Of a stretch of 64,000 nt of DNA, positions 1 to 11,716 are shown piece by piece; within the stretch, counting starts at the first letter, position 1, and each line of letters starts with the position of its first letter. Under the pieces are notes generated by a model. The model saw only the letters and a program-made list of their open reading frames with translations, was not told where the DNA came from and searched no databases. The stretch comes from an uncultured Acidobacteriota bacterium (GTDB taxonomy: Bacteria > Acidobacteriota > UBA6911): the NCBI GenBank assembly GCA_963809485.1, contig CAWEJX010000004.1:320001-384000 (forward strand), written 5' to 3'. The position numbers and the translations under genes are program-made.

Positions 1-196
1 AACAGCTCTCGCTACGGATTACTTGTGGTATGGCCTGTTTTCAATACCTATCTGGGAGCGACGATTGGGGGATTCACAACAACATCTTCATTTCGTAGGG
101 TCGAGGACTGGCGCCATACTGCGGGGTGCGGCCTATCCGTTGGCTCCCCGTTTCCTCTGGGAGTGCCTCACTAGCCCGAAGTTAGCGTCTTACCGA

Positions 197-3052
197 TCAT
201 TGCGATTCCGCTTTGATAAGTTTCGCGTATTCCGCTTTTGCCTCCCTGAGGATGGGGATGTCGGGATCGGCGTCCTTCCACAGGGCCAGGAAATCCTGAT
301 AGGACTTGCGCGCCTTTGCCGTGTCGCCCTGCAGGGCATGGGCGCGACCGAGGCCAAGATGAGGCAGTGTGTTCCTAAGAACGTCATTAAAGTTAACCGT
401 TGGGTGATCAAGCATCTTCTGAAACTCTGCGGCGGCTTTTGCACCCTGTTGAGCTGCAAGGTAAGCTTTACCGCGAAGATAAACGGTAACCATGTTCTGC
501 ATCATTTCATACCGAACAGTTTCAGCAAGAATATCGATGGCCTCTTGCGGCTTGCCGTCCTCTAAAGCCAAAAGCGCTCGAACTGAGGGCACATAGCAAT
601 GTCGGACATAGGTGGATTCAGGAAAGCGCTTGCTCAAATCGGCAGCCAGATTCTGCGCTCCCTCCTTATCTCCAGCGAGGCACAAAGTGATCGCTGCATT
701 TCCCCGAAGATCTCTGTCGTTCGACATTTTGATAGTATTGATCGCAGCGGCCTTTGCTTCGGCAGCATAGCCTACCAAAGCCAATGTTCGAGCACCCCAG
801 GTCATTTCTGACAGCGACATTGTGTTACGTGGTAGGGCATCCCGGAGAGAAGACAGGCGGCCCCTATAAACATCATGATAAATTTCCAATACCTCAGGTT
901 TCACATATCGGAGCGCTGCCGTTTCATTCGCGGCCATCTCGGCCTTATTCTTTTGATTGAAGGCAATCAAATAAAGCGTATATGGGTACCATGGTTGGTC
1001 CATCTTTCGCGCCTGGGCCTCCTGAATCATTGCCCGCGCTTCATCCAAGCGATTCAGTGCAAGGTAGTTGTTTATAGCACCTGCATAGGAAATGACCGTC
1101 GGCTCCAGCCTGATGGATTCGAGCATCGATGCGAGAGCTTCTTCGTGTCGGCCAAGCATCCTTTGAAGGTAACCGATTTCAAATGAGGTCAGTGCCCTGT
1201 TTGGATAGGCTTGGTTGCATCGCTGTTCAATCTCAAGTGCCTTCTCCACGTCCCCTATGGCATCGCGGTAATAAACGAAGGAAACAGAATAGTTCTCAGC
1301 ATCACTGACGCGATCTCGCAGCTCATAGGCTCTCTTAATGTTCTTGAGTGCCTCATCGCCGCTTTTGCCTGTGCTCCACTGAAGGCCTCCAAGCAAGGAA
1401 TAGGCTTTGGTGAAAGTTGGATCCAGACTGATAGCCCGTTCCAGGAATGGTATTGCCGAATTGAAGTCGTTTCTGAAAAAACACTGCTCGCCACGGCTGA
1501 AAGCTTGCAGCGCCTCCAAAGAGGATGTGGTCGCCCGGACTAACGGTACATCGTGAACTTCGAGCGAAGCATGGGATTCGCCGAGTTCCGACCGCAGCCT
1601 GGATGCAGCGCTGCCCAGCGCACCTAGGACCTTTTCCTTCCCCTCGGCAGTGACCTGTTCCCGGGCGAACGTTTCCCCAGTACCGCAATTCACGGCGTTA
1701 AGGCCAACGACATACTGATTCCCGAGAGCGGAGATCGAACCCTCGATTGTCACAGTCGCGCTTACACGCTGGCATATCTCGCGGGCAACTTCGCGTGTGA
1801 GCCGTGCATCGGGCGGCTTTCCCATCAGGCGTAGAGTCTGGACGATCATGTCTCCCGAGATGATCTTGAGGAAAGGCGACTGTTCGAGCTGCGCGGAAAG
1901 ACCCTGCCGCAGCGTTCCGTCGAATACCGGATCGCCTGTTGTGTTCGTGAAATCGGCAAGGATGATGGGGTCCTTCTCCGTCAGCTTCTGCGCGCGATTA
2001 AAATAGAAATATCCGCCCGCCGCCAGCGCCAGGACTGCGATGAAGACCAATGCGCCGATTATTGCAGGGCGTTTGTTCTTCCGAAGCGGCGCCGCAGAGC
2101 GAGGAGAAGACACGACGGTTGCCGGCTCGGCAACTAATGGACGATCCGACGATTCTTCAGCCGGTTCAGCAGCACTTGCCGCACGCTTTGAATCGGAATC
2201 CCTTTTAAGTCGTTTTAAGTCAGCCCGGATTTCGGAAGCACTCTGGCAACGAAGCTCGCGGTCTTTCTCCAGAGCCTTGTTGATGATCCGCTCCAATTCA
2301 GCGGGCAAGTCGGGGTTGATGCGCACTGGCGCCGTAGGTGCTTTATGCAATATAGCGTCAAAAGTAGCTGCTGATGTTGCTCCACGAAATGGCGTCACGC
2401 CCGTTGCCATCTCGTAGAGAACCACACCAAACGAAAACAGATCAGTGCGTACATCGAGTTCTTTTCCCAGTGCTTGCTCCGGAGACATATAAGAGACTGT
2501 CCCGACGGCAGTTCCGGGACTGGTAACTGCCTCCTGCGTAGTGGCAGCAGTGGGAACATCCGTGCGGGATCTCTCGGCCAGGAGCTTTGCTAATCCGAAA
2601 TCCAGTATCTTCGCGTGGCCCCGTTTCGTTATGAAGATATTGGCAGGCTTCAAATCCCGATGGATGATTCCTTCCGAATGCGCGGCATCAAGACCATCCG
2701 TGACCTGAATGGCTATATCAAGAGTCTCATCCGTCTGGAGCGGCTTCCCCAGAATGCGCTGTTTGAGGGTCTGGCCCTCCAGATACTCCATGGCAATGAA
2801 GTGCTGGCCTTCATGTTCGTCGATCTCGTAAATTGTGCAGATATTGGGATGATTGAGGGCTGAAGCGGAACGAGCCTCTCGTTGGAATCGTTCGATTGCC
2901 TTGCGATCACGGAACAGATCTTCCGGCAGAAATTTCAGCGCGACAGGACGGCCCAGCTTGTCGTCTTCCGCCTTGTAGACGACACCCATTCCGCCGCCGC
3001 CGATTTTTTCGACGATCCTGAAGTGAGAAATCGTCTGACCAATTTCAGGCAT
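197..3052 (-). CDS. Ser/Thr protein kinase (Hanks type) with TM helix and C-terminal TPR region
   Basis: GGGGMGVVY loop, [18 protein letters not shown] and YMSPEQ motifs; TM segment [21 protein letters not shown]; TPR-like helices; GGAG upstream of ATG. Confidence 0.93.
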   Translation of the reverse strand: MPEIGQTISHFRIVEKIGGGGMGVVYKAEDDKLGRPVALKFLPEDLFRDRKAIERFQREARSASALNHPNICTIYEIDEHEGQHFIAMEYLEGQTLKQRILGKPLQTDETLDIAIQVTDGLDAAHSEGIIHRDLKPANIFITKRGHAKILDFGLAKLLAERSRTDVPTAATTQEAVTSPGTAVGTVSYMSPEQALGKELDVRTDLFSFGVVLYEMATGVTPFRGATSAATFDAILHKAPTAPVRINPDLPAELERIINKALEKDRELRCQSASEIRADLKRLKRDSDSKRAASAAEPAEESSDRPLVAEPATVVSSPRSAAPLRKNKRPAIIGALVFIAVLALAAGGYFYFNRAQKLTEKDPIILADFTNTTGDPVFDGTLRQGLSAQLEQSPFLKIISGDMIVQTLRLMGKPPDARLTREVAREICQRVSATVTIEGSISALGNQYVVGLNAVNCGTGETFAREQVTAEGKEKVLGALGSAASRLRSELGESHASLEVHDVPLVRATTSSLEALQAFSRGEQCFFRNDFNSAIPFLERAISLDPTFTKAYSLLGGLQWSTGKSGDEALKNIKRAYELRDRVSDAENYSVSFVYYRDAIGDVEKALEIEQRCNQAYPNRALTSFEIGYLQRMLGRHEEALASMLESIRLEPTVISYAGAINNYLALNRLDEARAMIQEAQARKMDQPWYPYTLYLIAFNQKNKAEMAANETAALRYVKPEVLEIYHDVYRGRLSSLRDALPRNTMSLSEMTWGARTLALVGYAAEAKAAAINTIKMSNDRDLRGNAAITLCLAGDKEGAQNLAADLSKRFPESTYVRHCYVPSVRALLALEDGKPQEAIDILAETVRYEMMQNMVTVYLRGKAYLAAQQGAKAAAEFQKMLDHPTVNFNDVLRNTLPHLGLGRAHALQGDTAKARKSYQDFLALWKDADPDIPILREAKAEYAKLIKAESQ

Positions 3053-3449
3053 GTGTTCCTTCTCCTAAAGGAGACCTACATGCTGCTTGGTTTTGAAGAG
3101 CGAATCTTTGGATTGATTATAAGCACCGGAGGCCAATATCTAAAGGGAAATCCAAGAGTAACCGACAATAGACTGAACGGCGCAAGTACTGGAATGGATT
3201 GACTTAAGAGATCCGTTTCCCACCTTTACCGGCGTTACGATCCAGAAACGGCCATCCGGGAAATTGAGTTCTCCCGGCTGACAACATTCCCGATTGCGGC
3301 ATTGAGGAGGCATTTGATTCGCCAATATGGTAGAGCGGTTGGCTTAAGAACATTTTTGGCTAAGGGCACTGCATTCACCGCCGGTTTGGACTTCTGGGAA
3401 GGATGAACATGTAGATGTAAGAAGCACAAGGAAACGATGGTTCCACTGA

Positions 3450-3892
3450 AAAGCCAAATTTCCCCAGACTCTGGGATGCGGCGGTTTTGGTAAAAGATAT
3501 AGATAGAACCGCGAAACGTTTGAAGGAACTGGGTATCGGCACATTCGTTCAGGGGGCCTCCTGCCGGAGCCGAAGGCCTGTTTTTCCAGGGCAAGCCGTT
3601 GACGTCAAACTTCAAGGCGTCTCTCTTCCGAATCGGAAATATGCAGCTGGAATTGATACAGCCGGATGATAAACCCAATCCCTGGACAGAATTCCTGAAC
3701 ACCAGAGGCGAAGGGATACACCCTATAGGATTCCAGCTAAGCGACGTCGAGAAGGAAGTAAAACGGCTGACCAGCCCGGGCGCTGAGGTGCCATTCCATG
3801 CAAAAATGGGCTGCAAAATGGGAGCGGCATACGTGGACCTGAAAACCGCCAACCTGTTCATTGAATTTACAGGCTTTTCCACCGTAGCCTAA
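3450..3892 (+). pseudogene. VOC/glyoxalase-family protein (methylmalonyl-CoA epimerase-like), frameshifted
   Basis: VLVKDIDRTAKRLKELGIG in one frame, then ...IGNMQLELIQP...EFLNTRGEGIHPIGF in another; shift in the G-run at ~3552-3556; no clean start codon. Confidence 0.65.
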
Positions 3893-4000
3893 TCGGACCG
3901 ACAGACTCGGCAATTTTGCCTTTCGGCAGGGCCAGGCGCCTCCCTGACCATTCGAATGGCCTTGACCATGTACCTGCTTCCCTGGCGCGATAGACTTCTC

Positions 4001-4678
4001 CTATGCCCCTTTGTCGAAAACGGATGGACCGCTCCGAGATTGGATTTCGCCTATTTGAGAAAGCGGGCTTGACTCATTATTCCTGGTCGCTTCTTTGGTT
4101 TTTCGCAGAACGCCAATTCTCTTCAACAGCGGCGAAGCGGCGATATCGCCCGGGGACATGAATCGATCGCCGACTCCCTTTTTCAGATCCCTGCCAATCG
4201 CGTTGTAGGTTTCGGCCACATAATGGAAGCAGAACAGCCGTTCTTCCCGTCGCAGTTTGTCTTTTGACTGCAGATCCCGCTGGCAGAGCGCGCGAATCCC
4301 GAAAAAGAGCGTCCGCCAGAGCGCATATTCCTTTCCCAATTCCCTTTGCGCGAACTCGACCATCTGCAACCGCTGAACATCCGGAATTTGCTCGGTGCTC
4401 GTAAACCACTCCACTCGGCCATGATAGGAACGGATGTTCTGGGGAATTGGACTCACAACCACGCCCCTCCCCACAGCTTCCATGACCATGAGACGGCTAT
4501 TCCACCAGGCCGCGAGCCCTGCATGAGAATAGCGGGAGCCGGTCGCCCATCGGATGATCCTTGAGGGCAACGTGCGGCCCTGGTACATGAGCACATCGCC
4601 GCTCTTGATCTCCGACCGGCTCTTGTCGTAATCAATGGCTGGAATTGCGGCCGATGGTTTTCTTGATCCAATACGCAT
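4001..4678 (-). CDS. Permuted papain-like amidase (YiiX/YaeF, NlpC/P60-like)
   Basis: IKSGDVL...SRYSHAG (His) precedes RLFCF (Cys), the permuted catalytic order; GAAGGAG RBS. Confidence 0.75.
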   Translation of the reverse strand: MRIGSRKPSAAIPAIDYDKSRSEIKSGDVLMYQGRTLPSRIIRWATGSRYSHAGLAAWWNSRLMVMEAVGRGVVVSPIPQNIRSYHGRVEWFTSTEQIPDVQRLQMVEFAQRELGKEYALWRTLFFGIRALCQRDLQSKDKLRREERLFCFHYVAETYNAIGRDLKKGVGDRFMSPGDIAASPLLKRIGVLRKTKEATRNNESSPLSQIGEIQSRSGPSVFDKGA

Positions 4679-5002
4679 GGCGGCTCCTTCAAAAGCGGAA
4701 ATTGCAGGTCGTTTGCATATCAGGATTCTGATAGGCGAGAAATCCGCAGACGGAAGTCATTCGGGAAGGCACAGTGCATACCAGGCAGGATAACATGTCA
4801 GGGTTCCCTCGCAGACACTGGCAACGTATCGATTCTGACAGCTGAATTGCATCACGCGCTCCCCTTCCCGCTCCAGGGCAGCCCGCTGTGAGGTTGCTGC
4901 CGGATTCTATCAGTTGCCCTCCCCATGACGGCGATCATGATTCTGTTCCATGGCGTTGATCGAATTAAGGAGGCGGTTCCAATTAAATAGGTTCCTATCC
5001 TC

Positions 5003-5360
5003 TTACGCGCAGCGCAGGATGCCTCTGGCCCACAGGCAGTCGCCGTAGACGGGGAAAGGGTTACCCTGGCAATCCGCTTCGTTTTTCTCCGCGAATTCAC
5101 AGCCGCAGCAATCGGTGCAGGGGGAAAAATCAAATTATCTCACGCGCTCCCGAAAAATCGAATAGTCAGGCTGCAGCCAAATGGACTTCAGGGAATGTTG
5201 CTGCAGGTTTCCACATTCATAGCGGCGGAAAAACTTCTTCCAGCCCCTGATATAGCATGTGTACGAATGCAGCAATAAGACGCGCGGCATGACGCAGCGC
5301 CTTTCGGAACTCCACCGAAAGATGCCCTGCCTGCTTTGCCGCAGAAAACAGCACCGGGAA
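5003..5360 (-). pseudogene. C-terminal remnant of a radical SAM/SPASM maturase (resembles tungsten-oxidoreductase-associated rSAM proteins)
   Basis: Manual translation LLHSYTCYIRG...GNLQQHSLKSIW...FRERVR*FDF(P)PCTDCCGCEFAEKNEADCQGNPFPVYGDCLWARGILRCA*; internal TAA at 5135-5137 plus a frameshift; N-terminal rSAM core absent. Confidence 0.7.
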
Positions 5361-5564
5361 GACATTGATGGATAAGAAATGGAATTCGTCAAAATATCAA
5401 AACGCGCGCTATGGGATCGACAAACATTCGCAGGACAATGCCGGAGCAAATCGCGTTCCTCTGAATGTGCATTATTTCGATTCCCTTTAAATAGTAGTAG
5501 GATAGGGCGCGTCAGCTGGACTGCCTGAAAGCTAACAGGACGAATCCGTAAGTGGAGGTGCAAC

Positions 5565-7310
5565 TTGAAAAAAGAGATACGGTTGGCGACTTTGATTCTA
5601 ATAGTGGCTGCCCTATTTTCATCCGCATGTTCTTCGGGGAAGATGACGGTGGGGAAGATGACGGTATTGAATCCATCAGCGGCCAATAAAATGGTGGACC
5701 GGGTGCCGCTTTCGCCCCGCCTTGATGCATTGGAAGGGAAAACCATATTCCTGGTGGATATCGGTTGGGGTGGCCCCCAGGCAGCGCCCAGTGTTTACGA
5801 AGAAATGAAGGCCTGGCTTGCCCAAAACAAGCCCAGTGTGAAAGTGGAGATTCGGAAAATCAAAGGCTCCTACATGGAGGACCAGCCCGAGCTATGGAAG
5901 GAGATTTCCGAAAAAGGTCAGGCGGTAATGATTGGAATATCCGGCTGAGACGGCTGCACGTCGGCCGTGAGCCGTTACTGCAAAACTCTGGAACAGAAAT
6001 TTAACATTCCGACCGTGGGTGGAGCAGCATCCAACATCGTGAAATATGCCCTGGGATACGACTTTGAATTTACCAACGGCATGCCCATCCGCTACATCTC
6101 CTTCCCTTTCCCGGTGGCCGGTCAGCCGCAATCGGTTCACCACCAATACGTTTTCGACGGCAAAGATGTCGTCAGCGGAAAACCGATGATGCAGGCATTT
6201 ATCGATGCGTTGACTCTTCCTCTGACGGAAAAAGAGAAACATAAGGGAGCGGCTCCTGAGTCCGAACCCGCGCCTCGACTTCTTGGACCGGATACCGAGG
6301 ACAATTTGCAGCGCCTTTTCAAGGACCGCGACTGGACTGACTATAATCCGATCATCCTTCCTACCGAGGCAAGGGTAGCCGAGATGCTGAAAGGCACCTC
6401 TCATAAACCGGAAGAAGTCATTAAGACCGTGAACTGGCCCGGAGGCAATCGGGACCTTACCGTGGAAAAAGCCGCTATCTGCGCCGTAATGGCCGGCGCC
6501 AAAAAGGAATACCTGCCGGTTATCCTGGCTCTGGCAAAATCGGTACCGTTCGGCAACTCCACATCCTCCATGGCCAACATGATCCTGGTCAATGGCCCCA
6601 TACGGAAGCAGATCGGCATGAATTCCGGCGCCAATGTCATGGGGCCCCATAATGAGGCTAATTCGGTTATCGGCAGGACCTTCACGCTGATGTCGAAAAC
6701 CGTAGGAGGCCTGCATAGTGAAAAGACCACCTGGAGCACTTTGGGAAGCACCATGCAGTACAACAATGTGTGTATTGCCGAAAACGAGGAGGCTTTGCCC
6801 GAAGGCTGGGAGCCTTTTCATGTGCAAATGGGATTCAAGCCGGAAGACAGCGTTATAAACGTCGCCACCGGATGGACGTATATTTCCAGCGTGGGCGAAG
6901 CACAACGGAACTATCCGCCCCACATGTTGATGCGCGATTACATGAAGGCTCTTTCCGGAATGGGGTCGAGGGCCACCGTCATCATGGACCCCACGGTTGC
7001 AAGACTCCTCAAGGAAGGCCAGGGCTTTCAGACAAAGGATCAGCTGAGCCAGTGGTTTTCGGATAATGTTGAAAAACCTCTCGCCAGTTACCTGGGCAAC
7101 GGTGTGCTCTCGGGAACTCTTACCAATTACGGCGCCCAGGGAATGGAACCCTATGCAACATGGGCGAAATATCCGCTGGATAAAATGATTAAGCCGTTCC
7201 ACCAGGCTTCGGGCATCAAGATCCTTGTAGCCGGTGGGGGAATCCAGACAACCTGGTTTGTGACGGATTTCATGCTGGGCCGGGGTACGCTCATCGACGA
7301 ATGGCGCTAG
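5565..7310 (+). CDS. Predicted selenoprotein (581 aa, Sec128): lipoprotein-like signal, UGSC-family domain (G-U-D-G-C-T) and large uncharacterised C-terminal domain
   Basis: ORFs 5565-5948 and 5967-7310 are in frame, separated only by TGA 5946-5948; read-through gives UxxC; LSPRLDALEGKTI...IPTV matches UGSC family pattern; hairpin follows the TGA; GGAGG RBS before TTG start. Confidence 0.85.
5950..5975 (+). promoter_or_regulatory. Candidate SECIS hairpin
   Basis: ACGGCU-G-CACG-[UCGGC]-CGUG-AGCCGU stem-loop just 3' of the in-frame UGA. Confidence 0.55.
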
Positions 7311-7360
7311 GGCGCATCCTGATACAAATTGAGAGGCACGGCATGCCGTGCCTCTCGCAC

Positions 7361-7612
7361 TTACCATTCAAGACTGTTGCTCTGCTCCATGCTCTTCTTC
7401 AGATACTCCATATGCTTCCGAATGTAGCGCATGAACAGGATGGCGCGGTCTTCCGCAAAGAAGGTGGCGGTTCCGGCTTCCGACGTAGGGACTGGAAATT
7501 CAAAACCGCACTCGGTCGCATACCATAGCTGGCCATCCCGATAAAACCTGAACCGGACTTTCTGGTTGTTCTGCACCATTTCTTTTATGGTTCTTGTATT
7601 CAAGGCTTTCAT
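7361..7612 (-). CDS. Small hypothetical protein (83 aa)
   Basis: GGAGAGG RBS before MKALNTRTIKEMV...; globular-looking sequence FYRDGQLWYATECGFEFPVP. Confidence 0.65.
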   Translation of the reverse strand: MKALNTRTIKEMVQNNQKVRFRFYRDGQLWYATECGFEFPVPTSEAGTATFFAEDRAILFMRYIRKHMEYLKKSMEQSNSLEW

Positions 7613-7942
7613 AAATCCTCTCCTTTCTGAATTTTCGCGTTGCTTCACATGCAGGCAGAAGGGACTGCGCTGGCGGCAAAGTGCCTCAGTCTGAATTCAT
7701 CGGATCTTATGATGGTTACCCGGGCGAGAGGCGACTAAGCCGCCTTGGAATCCAGAAAGTCGTCCAGGCGGACGACGATACCTCGGACAAAGATAGAAAT
7801 ATTGCGAATAGTAGCGCACATAAGGCGACTACCTTACATGAGGACGGACCGGCTGTCAACGGTGCTGCATTTTTCCCGGCGCCCGGGATTGCCCAAAAAA
7901 CCTATTTTAAAAACCGCTCTCGATCGACTACTGCCCTCCGTC

Positions 7943-9499
7943 TTATTTCGCCTGCTCTCTGAGCCAGGAGATATAGGCATCGAATGCTTTCAGCTTGTCC
8001 AGGTTAGGCACGGGTCTGGCGCCGGGAGCCGCGTCGAAGACCATCACCTGCTGGTCGTTCTCCGCGAATGCAGGCCACCTGGGAAGACCGGGGCCGTTCG
8101 GATCGCCCGATTTGGCGAAGTTGACCCAATAGGAACTGATCCTATCGGAGAGTTTCAAATCCTCCGGTTTGGGCGCACCCTGGCGTCCGCCCAGGGTCTG
8201 GAATGCATACGGAACATCGCTGCCGTGGCCGGAGCCGCCATCGGGAGAAGCGGGATGGTAATCGAAGACGTATTCGAAGGCCTTGCCTTTCCCTTTCCGC
8301 GATTGTAGACGAGCCCAGGTCCAGGTGTTCCAGGAAAACGTGCTCTCGCGCATGATCCCTCTTGATGCCTTCGCTGCCTCGGCGTCCGTAGAATGAGGAT
8401 ACACGCTCAGAATGGCATCGGCATGAGGACCGTATTGCGATCGAATCTGTTTCTCAAATTCCTCCGGCGTGACCTTCCGACTGCCACCGAACGATGCGGC
8501 TTCATCCGAGGTGTTGCCAAGCAAAACAGGCGTATCGTTAAAGCGGCCCGCCTGGTATAGCGAGTAAAGGTCGCTTGGAACAATATACCCGTCCGCCACG
8601 GGCCGGAAACCTCCGCCTCCCATTCCGCCTGCAACGCTTTTCTGGATTTCCTCGGCGCTTAATGCCCGTGCCGCCTTGATGTCGGCAGCTCCCAATTTTT
8701 TCAGAAATTCCTCGCCTCTCGACTCTGCCAGCTTGAGAGTTGGGATGCCCATGCCCGTGCCCGCCTGGTTTGAACTCTGCAGCGGAGCAAACGATCCTCC
8801 GCTCATGCAGATAGCACGATGGAAAAGGCCCCTGGTAGCCGGGGAAGCTGCAAGCATGCTAACCGCCATGCCACCGGCCGAGTGGCCGAAAATTGTCACG
8901 TTGGAGGGATTGCCTCCAAACCGGGCAATATTCTCCTTTACCCACTTCAGCCCCGCAATCATATCCTCCAGCCCATAGTTCCCCGATCCCTTGCCGCTCT
9001 CACGGCTGAGTTCGGGGTGTGCAAGAAAACCAAAGGGGCCGACTCGGTAGGCAACGCTTACCAGCACTACTCCCTTTTTGGCAAAATTCATCCCGTCGTA
9101 CATGGGAGCGCTGGTCGAGCCGCCGCTAAAGCCTCCTCCATAGATCCAAAAGATCACCGGGAGTTTTTTGCCCGGCTTTTTGGCGGGCGTCCACACATTC
9201 AGGTACAGACAGTCCTCGCCGACCTGCGCCGTGTTCCCCATTGCGCCGGTGGCTTGCATGCAGGCGAGCCCAAAGGCATCGGCCTTTTTGATGCCGGTCC
9301 AGGCCTGCACCGGTGCGGGCGCCTTCCAGCGCAGATCGCCCACCGGACGCGCCGCAAACGGGATCCCTTTGTATATCGAGATGCCATCGGTCACGACACC
9401 CTGCACTTCTCCGCCGGTTACCTTTGCGGTTTGAATTTGGGAAAACGCAAGCTGCGCGAAAATGCTTGTCACAAAAAAAGCGATCCAGACCTTCTTCAT
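7943..9499 (-). CDS. Secreted type-B carboxylesterase
   Basis: Signal peptide MKKVWIAFF...AFS; KGIPFA, EDCLYLNVW, GGGF oxyanion, GHSAGG nucleophile, HGSD His; GGAGG RBS. Confidence 0.92.
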   Translation of the reverse strand: MKKVWIAFFVTSIFAQLAFSQIQTAKVTGGEVQGVVTDGISIYKGIPFAARPVGDLRWKAPAPVQAWTGIKKADAFGLACMQATGAMGNTAQVGEDCLYLNVWTPAKKPGKKLPVIFWIYGGGFSGGSTSAPMYDGMNFAKKGVVLVSVAYRVGPFGFLAHPELSRESGKGSGNYGLEDMIAGLKWVKENIARFGGNPSNVTIFGHSAGGMAVSMLAASPATRGLFHRAICMSGGSFAPLQSSNQAGTGMGIPTLKLAESRGEEFLKKLGAADIKAARALSAEEIQKSVAGGMGGGGFRPVADGYIVPSDLYSLYQAGRFNDTPVLLGNTSDEAASFGGSRKVTPEEFEKQIRSQYGPHADAILSVYPHSTDAEAAKASRGIMRESTFSWNTWTWARLQSRKGKGKAFEYVFDYHPASPDGGSGHGSDVPYAFQTLGGRQGAPKPEDLKLSDRISSYWVNFAKSGDPNGPGLPRWPAFAENDQQVMVFDAAPGARPVPNLDKLKAFDAYISWLREQAK

Positions 9500-9774
9500 C
9501 ACTACCTCCACTGTGAGCACTGATGGTGGTGTTCCCGGATTGATTTCAGCCAAATTCCTCCTTGGGATGAATGCGATTATATACGCTATCAGAATTTCCA
9601 TCATTACGTATCCGTCCGTTGTGAAGTGTTTTTTCTTTGCAGATAACCTGAGTTCATAAGATAAACTCCCTTCAGGTGCGAAGGGCAAGTTTCCGCCGCA
9701 GCGGCTGCGAGCGATCCTGCCCGATAAAAGGCTTTCTCCATAATTCTTTATGCCTGAGCCAATGGAGGAACACG

Positions 9775-11706
9775 ATGACCAACTGGCATGATTTCTATCA
9801 AAAACAAAACACGGCGCCACCCTGGCCCTATGATGTGGACTACGAAAAAGAGCATGAAATCGAAACGGACGTACTGGTCATTGGCGGAGGCATTGCCGGG
9901 TGTTGGGCAGCAATCAGCGCCGCCAGAAAGGGAGTCCGGGTGGCACTGGTGGAGAAGGGCGACACCATTAGAAGCGGCTCCGGAGGGCCGGGCTGTGATC
10001 ATTGGTGCCAGTGTCCGGGCAATCCGCATTCCAAAGTCGATCCGGATGAGTGGGCTAAAGTGCTGGCCCTGCACCCGGGGACCATGTCGGAGCTGCCGAA
10101 AGGCACTCCCAGGTTTTCCTATGGAAACGGCATCGGAGCTCAGATTACGTGCCGGGAAAATTACGACACACTCCTCGAACTGGAACAAATGGGGGGTCAA
10201 ATCAGGGATATCCATGAGGAATATGTTGGGGCAGAAGGCAGGTACGACGACACAAAGTTCATGATTTCACCCCGCACCAGCCCAAATCACGAAACCGAAA
10301 TTGTCTTGCGCGTCTGGGGAGTTACATTCAAACCCGCTCTAAAAAAGGAATGTCAGAGACTGGGCGTCCGAATTTACGACCGGGTTATGGTTACCAGTCT
10401 CCTGACGGAAGGAGGCATCCAGGGAGCGCGGGTGATCGGCGCGACGGGATTTAATAACCGCACCGGCGAGTTCATGATTTTTAAGTCGAAAGCTGCAGTG
10501 CTCGCAACCGCAGGGGACTTTTACATGTGGATGTTGAATACAGAGCACGCAGGGTGCAGACAGTTCCGTTCCCGCTGTGCGACTGGAGATGGATTGGCCA
10601 TGGCCTGGAAAGCAGGGGCAGAGCTCGTTTTGATGGAGCAGACAGTACCCCTGATGCTGGGCACGGGATACAAGCATAACTGGTATGGCGGCGCAGGCGA
10701 TGCCAGCTATGAAAATGTTCAAATTGTCGACGCAAACGGAAAAAAGCTGCCCTGGCCTGCCCAGGGATGGCAGGATGGCGGCGCGATGAGGCCTCCGCCG
10801 GACGTGGGGGAATCCATCCGTAAAGGAATCTTCAAAGGCGAATGGGCCCTGCCTTTCTACGGCGACTTCCCCGCAATGCCCGATATCGAGCGCCGTGCGA
10901 CCTGGGATCTCATGCTGGGACAGGAATCCACCACCAAAATCATCACCAGCACTTATGAGAGGGCTGGATTCGACCCGAAAAAACACCTGCTTCAAAACTA
11001 TGCCTTCATAGAAGGTGAAACCCATTCCCAGTGGCGGACTGCAAGGGGAGGCGGGCCTGTGGTCGATTGGGATCTGAAATCGACGCTGGACGGATTGTAT
11101 GTCGCCGGCGAACAGCTTTTCTCTCATCTCGATCACAGCTTCGCGGCAGCTACGGGAAGATATGCCGGGAGAAAAGCCGCCGATTACTCGAGGCAGGCAA
11201 ATGAATCCGGCGTGTCCCGCGAGCAGATCACCCGGGAGAAAGCCCGCATCTACGCCCCAATTAGGCGTACGGGCGGCATTGAGTGGAAGGAGCTGAATGC
11301 CGGCATCGCCAGGACGATGCAATACTTTTGCAGCGAATTCAAAACGGAGTCACTTCTTAACATGGGGTTGGACGCTCTGAAGGAAATGGAAGAGGTGTTT
11401 GTGCCGAGGCTATACGCCCTCGATCCGCACAAGTTGATGCGCAGCATCGAGGACCTGAGCATGCTGGCGCACGCCCAGATGGTCCTGAACGCCTCCCTGG
11501 CACGGAAGGCCAGCAGCGCGCCTCTCAATTTCCGCAGAATCGACTATCCTGACGTGGACCCGCCCGAATGGAATAAATACCTGACGATAAAGCTGGAGAA
11601 CGGCAAGGTCCAATCCGGCGAATTGCCTTTGTATTTTTGGGGAGACATGAAGTCCAATTACGAGGCTCATAACCGGGACTACACAGGGGTTTATAAAGGA
11701 AAGTAG
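9775..11706 (+). CDS. FAD-dependent oxidoreductase, AprA/SdhA-like flavoprotein subunit
   Basis: DVLVIGGGIAG FAD motif, LATAG, TGDG, GLYVAGE, C-terminal ASLARKAS...RIDYP; GGAGG RBS before ATG 9775. Confidence 0.85.
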   Translation: MTNWHDFYQKQNTAPPWPYDVDYEKEHEIETDVLVIGGGIAGCWAAISAARKGVRVALVEKGDTIRSGSGGPGCDHWCQCPGNPHSKVDPDEWAKVLALHPGTMSELPKGTPRFSYGNGIGAQITCRENYDTLLELEQMGGQIRDIHEEYVGAEGRYDDTKFMISPRTSPNHETEIVLRVWGVTFKPALKKECQRLGVRIYDRVMVTSLLTEGGIQGARVIGATGFNNRTGEFMIFKSKAAVLATAGDFYMWMLNTEHAGCRQFRSRCATGDGLAMAWKAGAELVLMEQTVPLMLGTGYKHNWYGGAGDASYENVQIVDANGKKLPWPAQGWQDGGAMRPPPDVGESIRKGIFKGEWALPFYGDFPAMPDIERRATWDLMLGQESTTKIITSTYERAGFDPKKHLLQNYAFIEGETHSQWRTARGGGPVVDWDLKSTLDGLYVAGEQLFSHLDHSFAAATGRYAGRKAADYSRQANESGVSREQITREKARIYAPIRRTGGIEWKELNAGIARTMQYFCSEFKTESLLNMGLDALKEMEEVFVPRLYALDPHKLMRSIEDLSMLAHAQMVLNASLARKASSAPLNFRRIDYPDVDPPEWNKYLTIKLENGKVQSGELPLYFWGDMKSNYEAHNRDYTGVYKGK

Positions 11707-11716
11707 GAAGACTGCG

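Noticed and set aside
5892-7367. Long antisense ORFs (491 aa here; also 37708-38781, 52289-53332 and similar shadow ORFs)
   Set aside because: They overlap well-supported genes and have no motifs; expected in GC-rich coding DNA.
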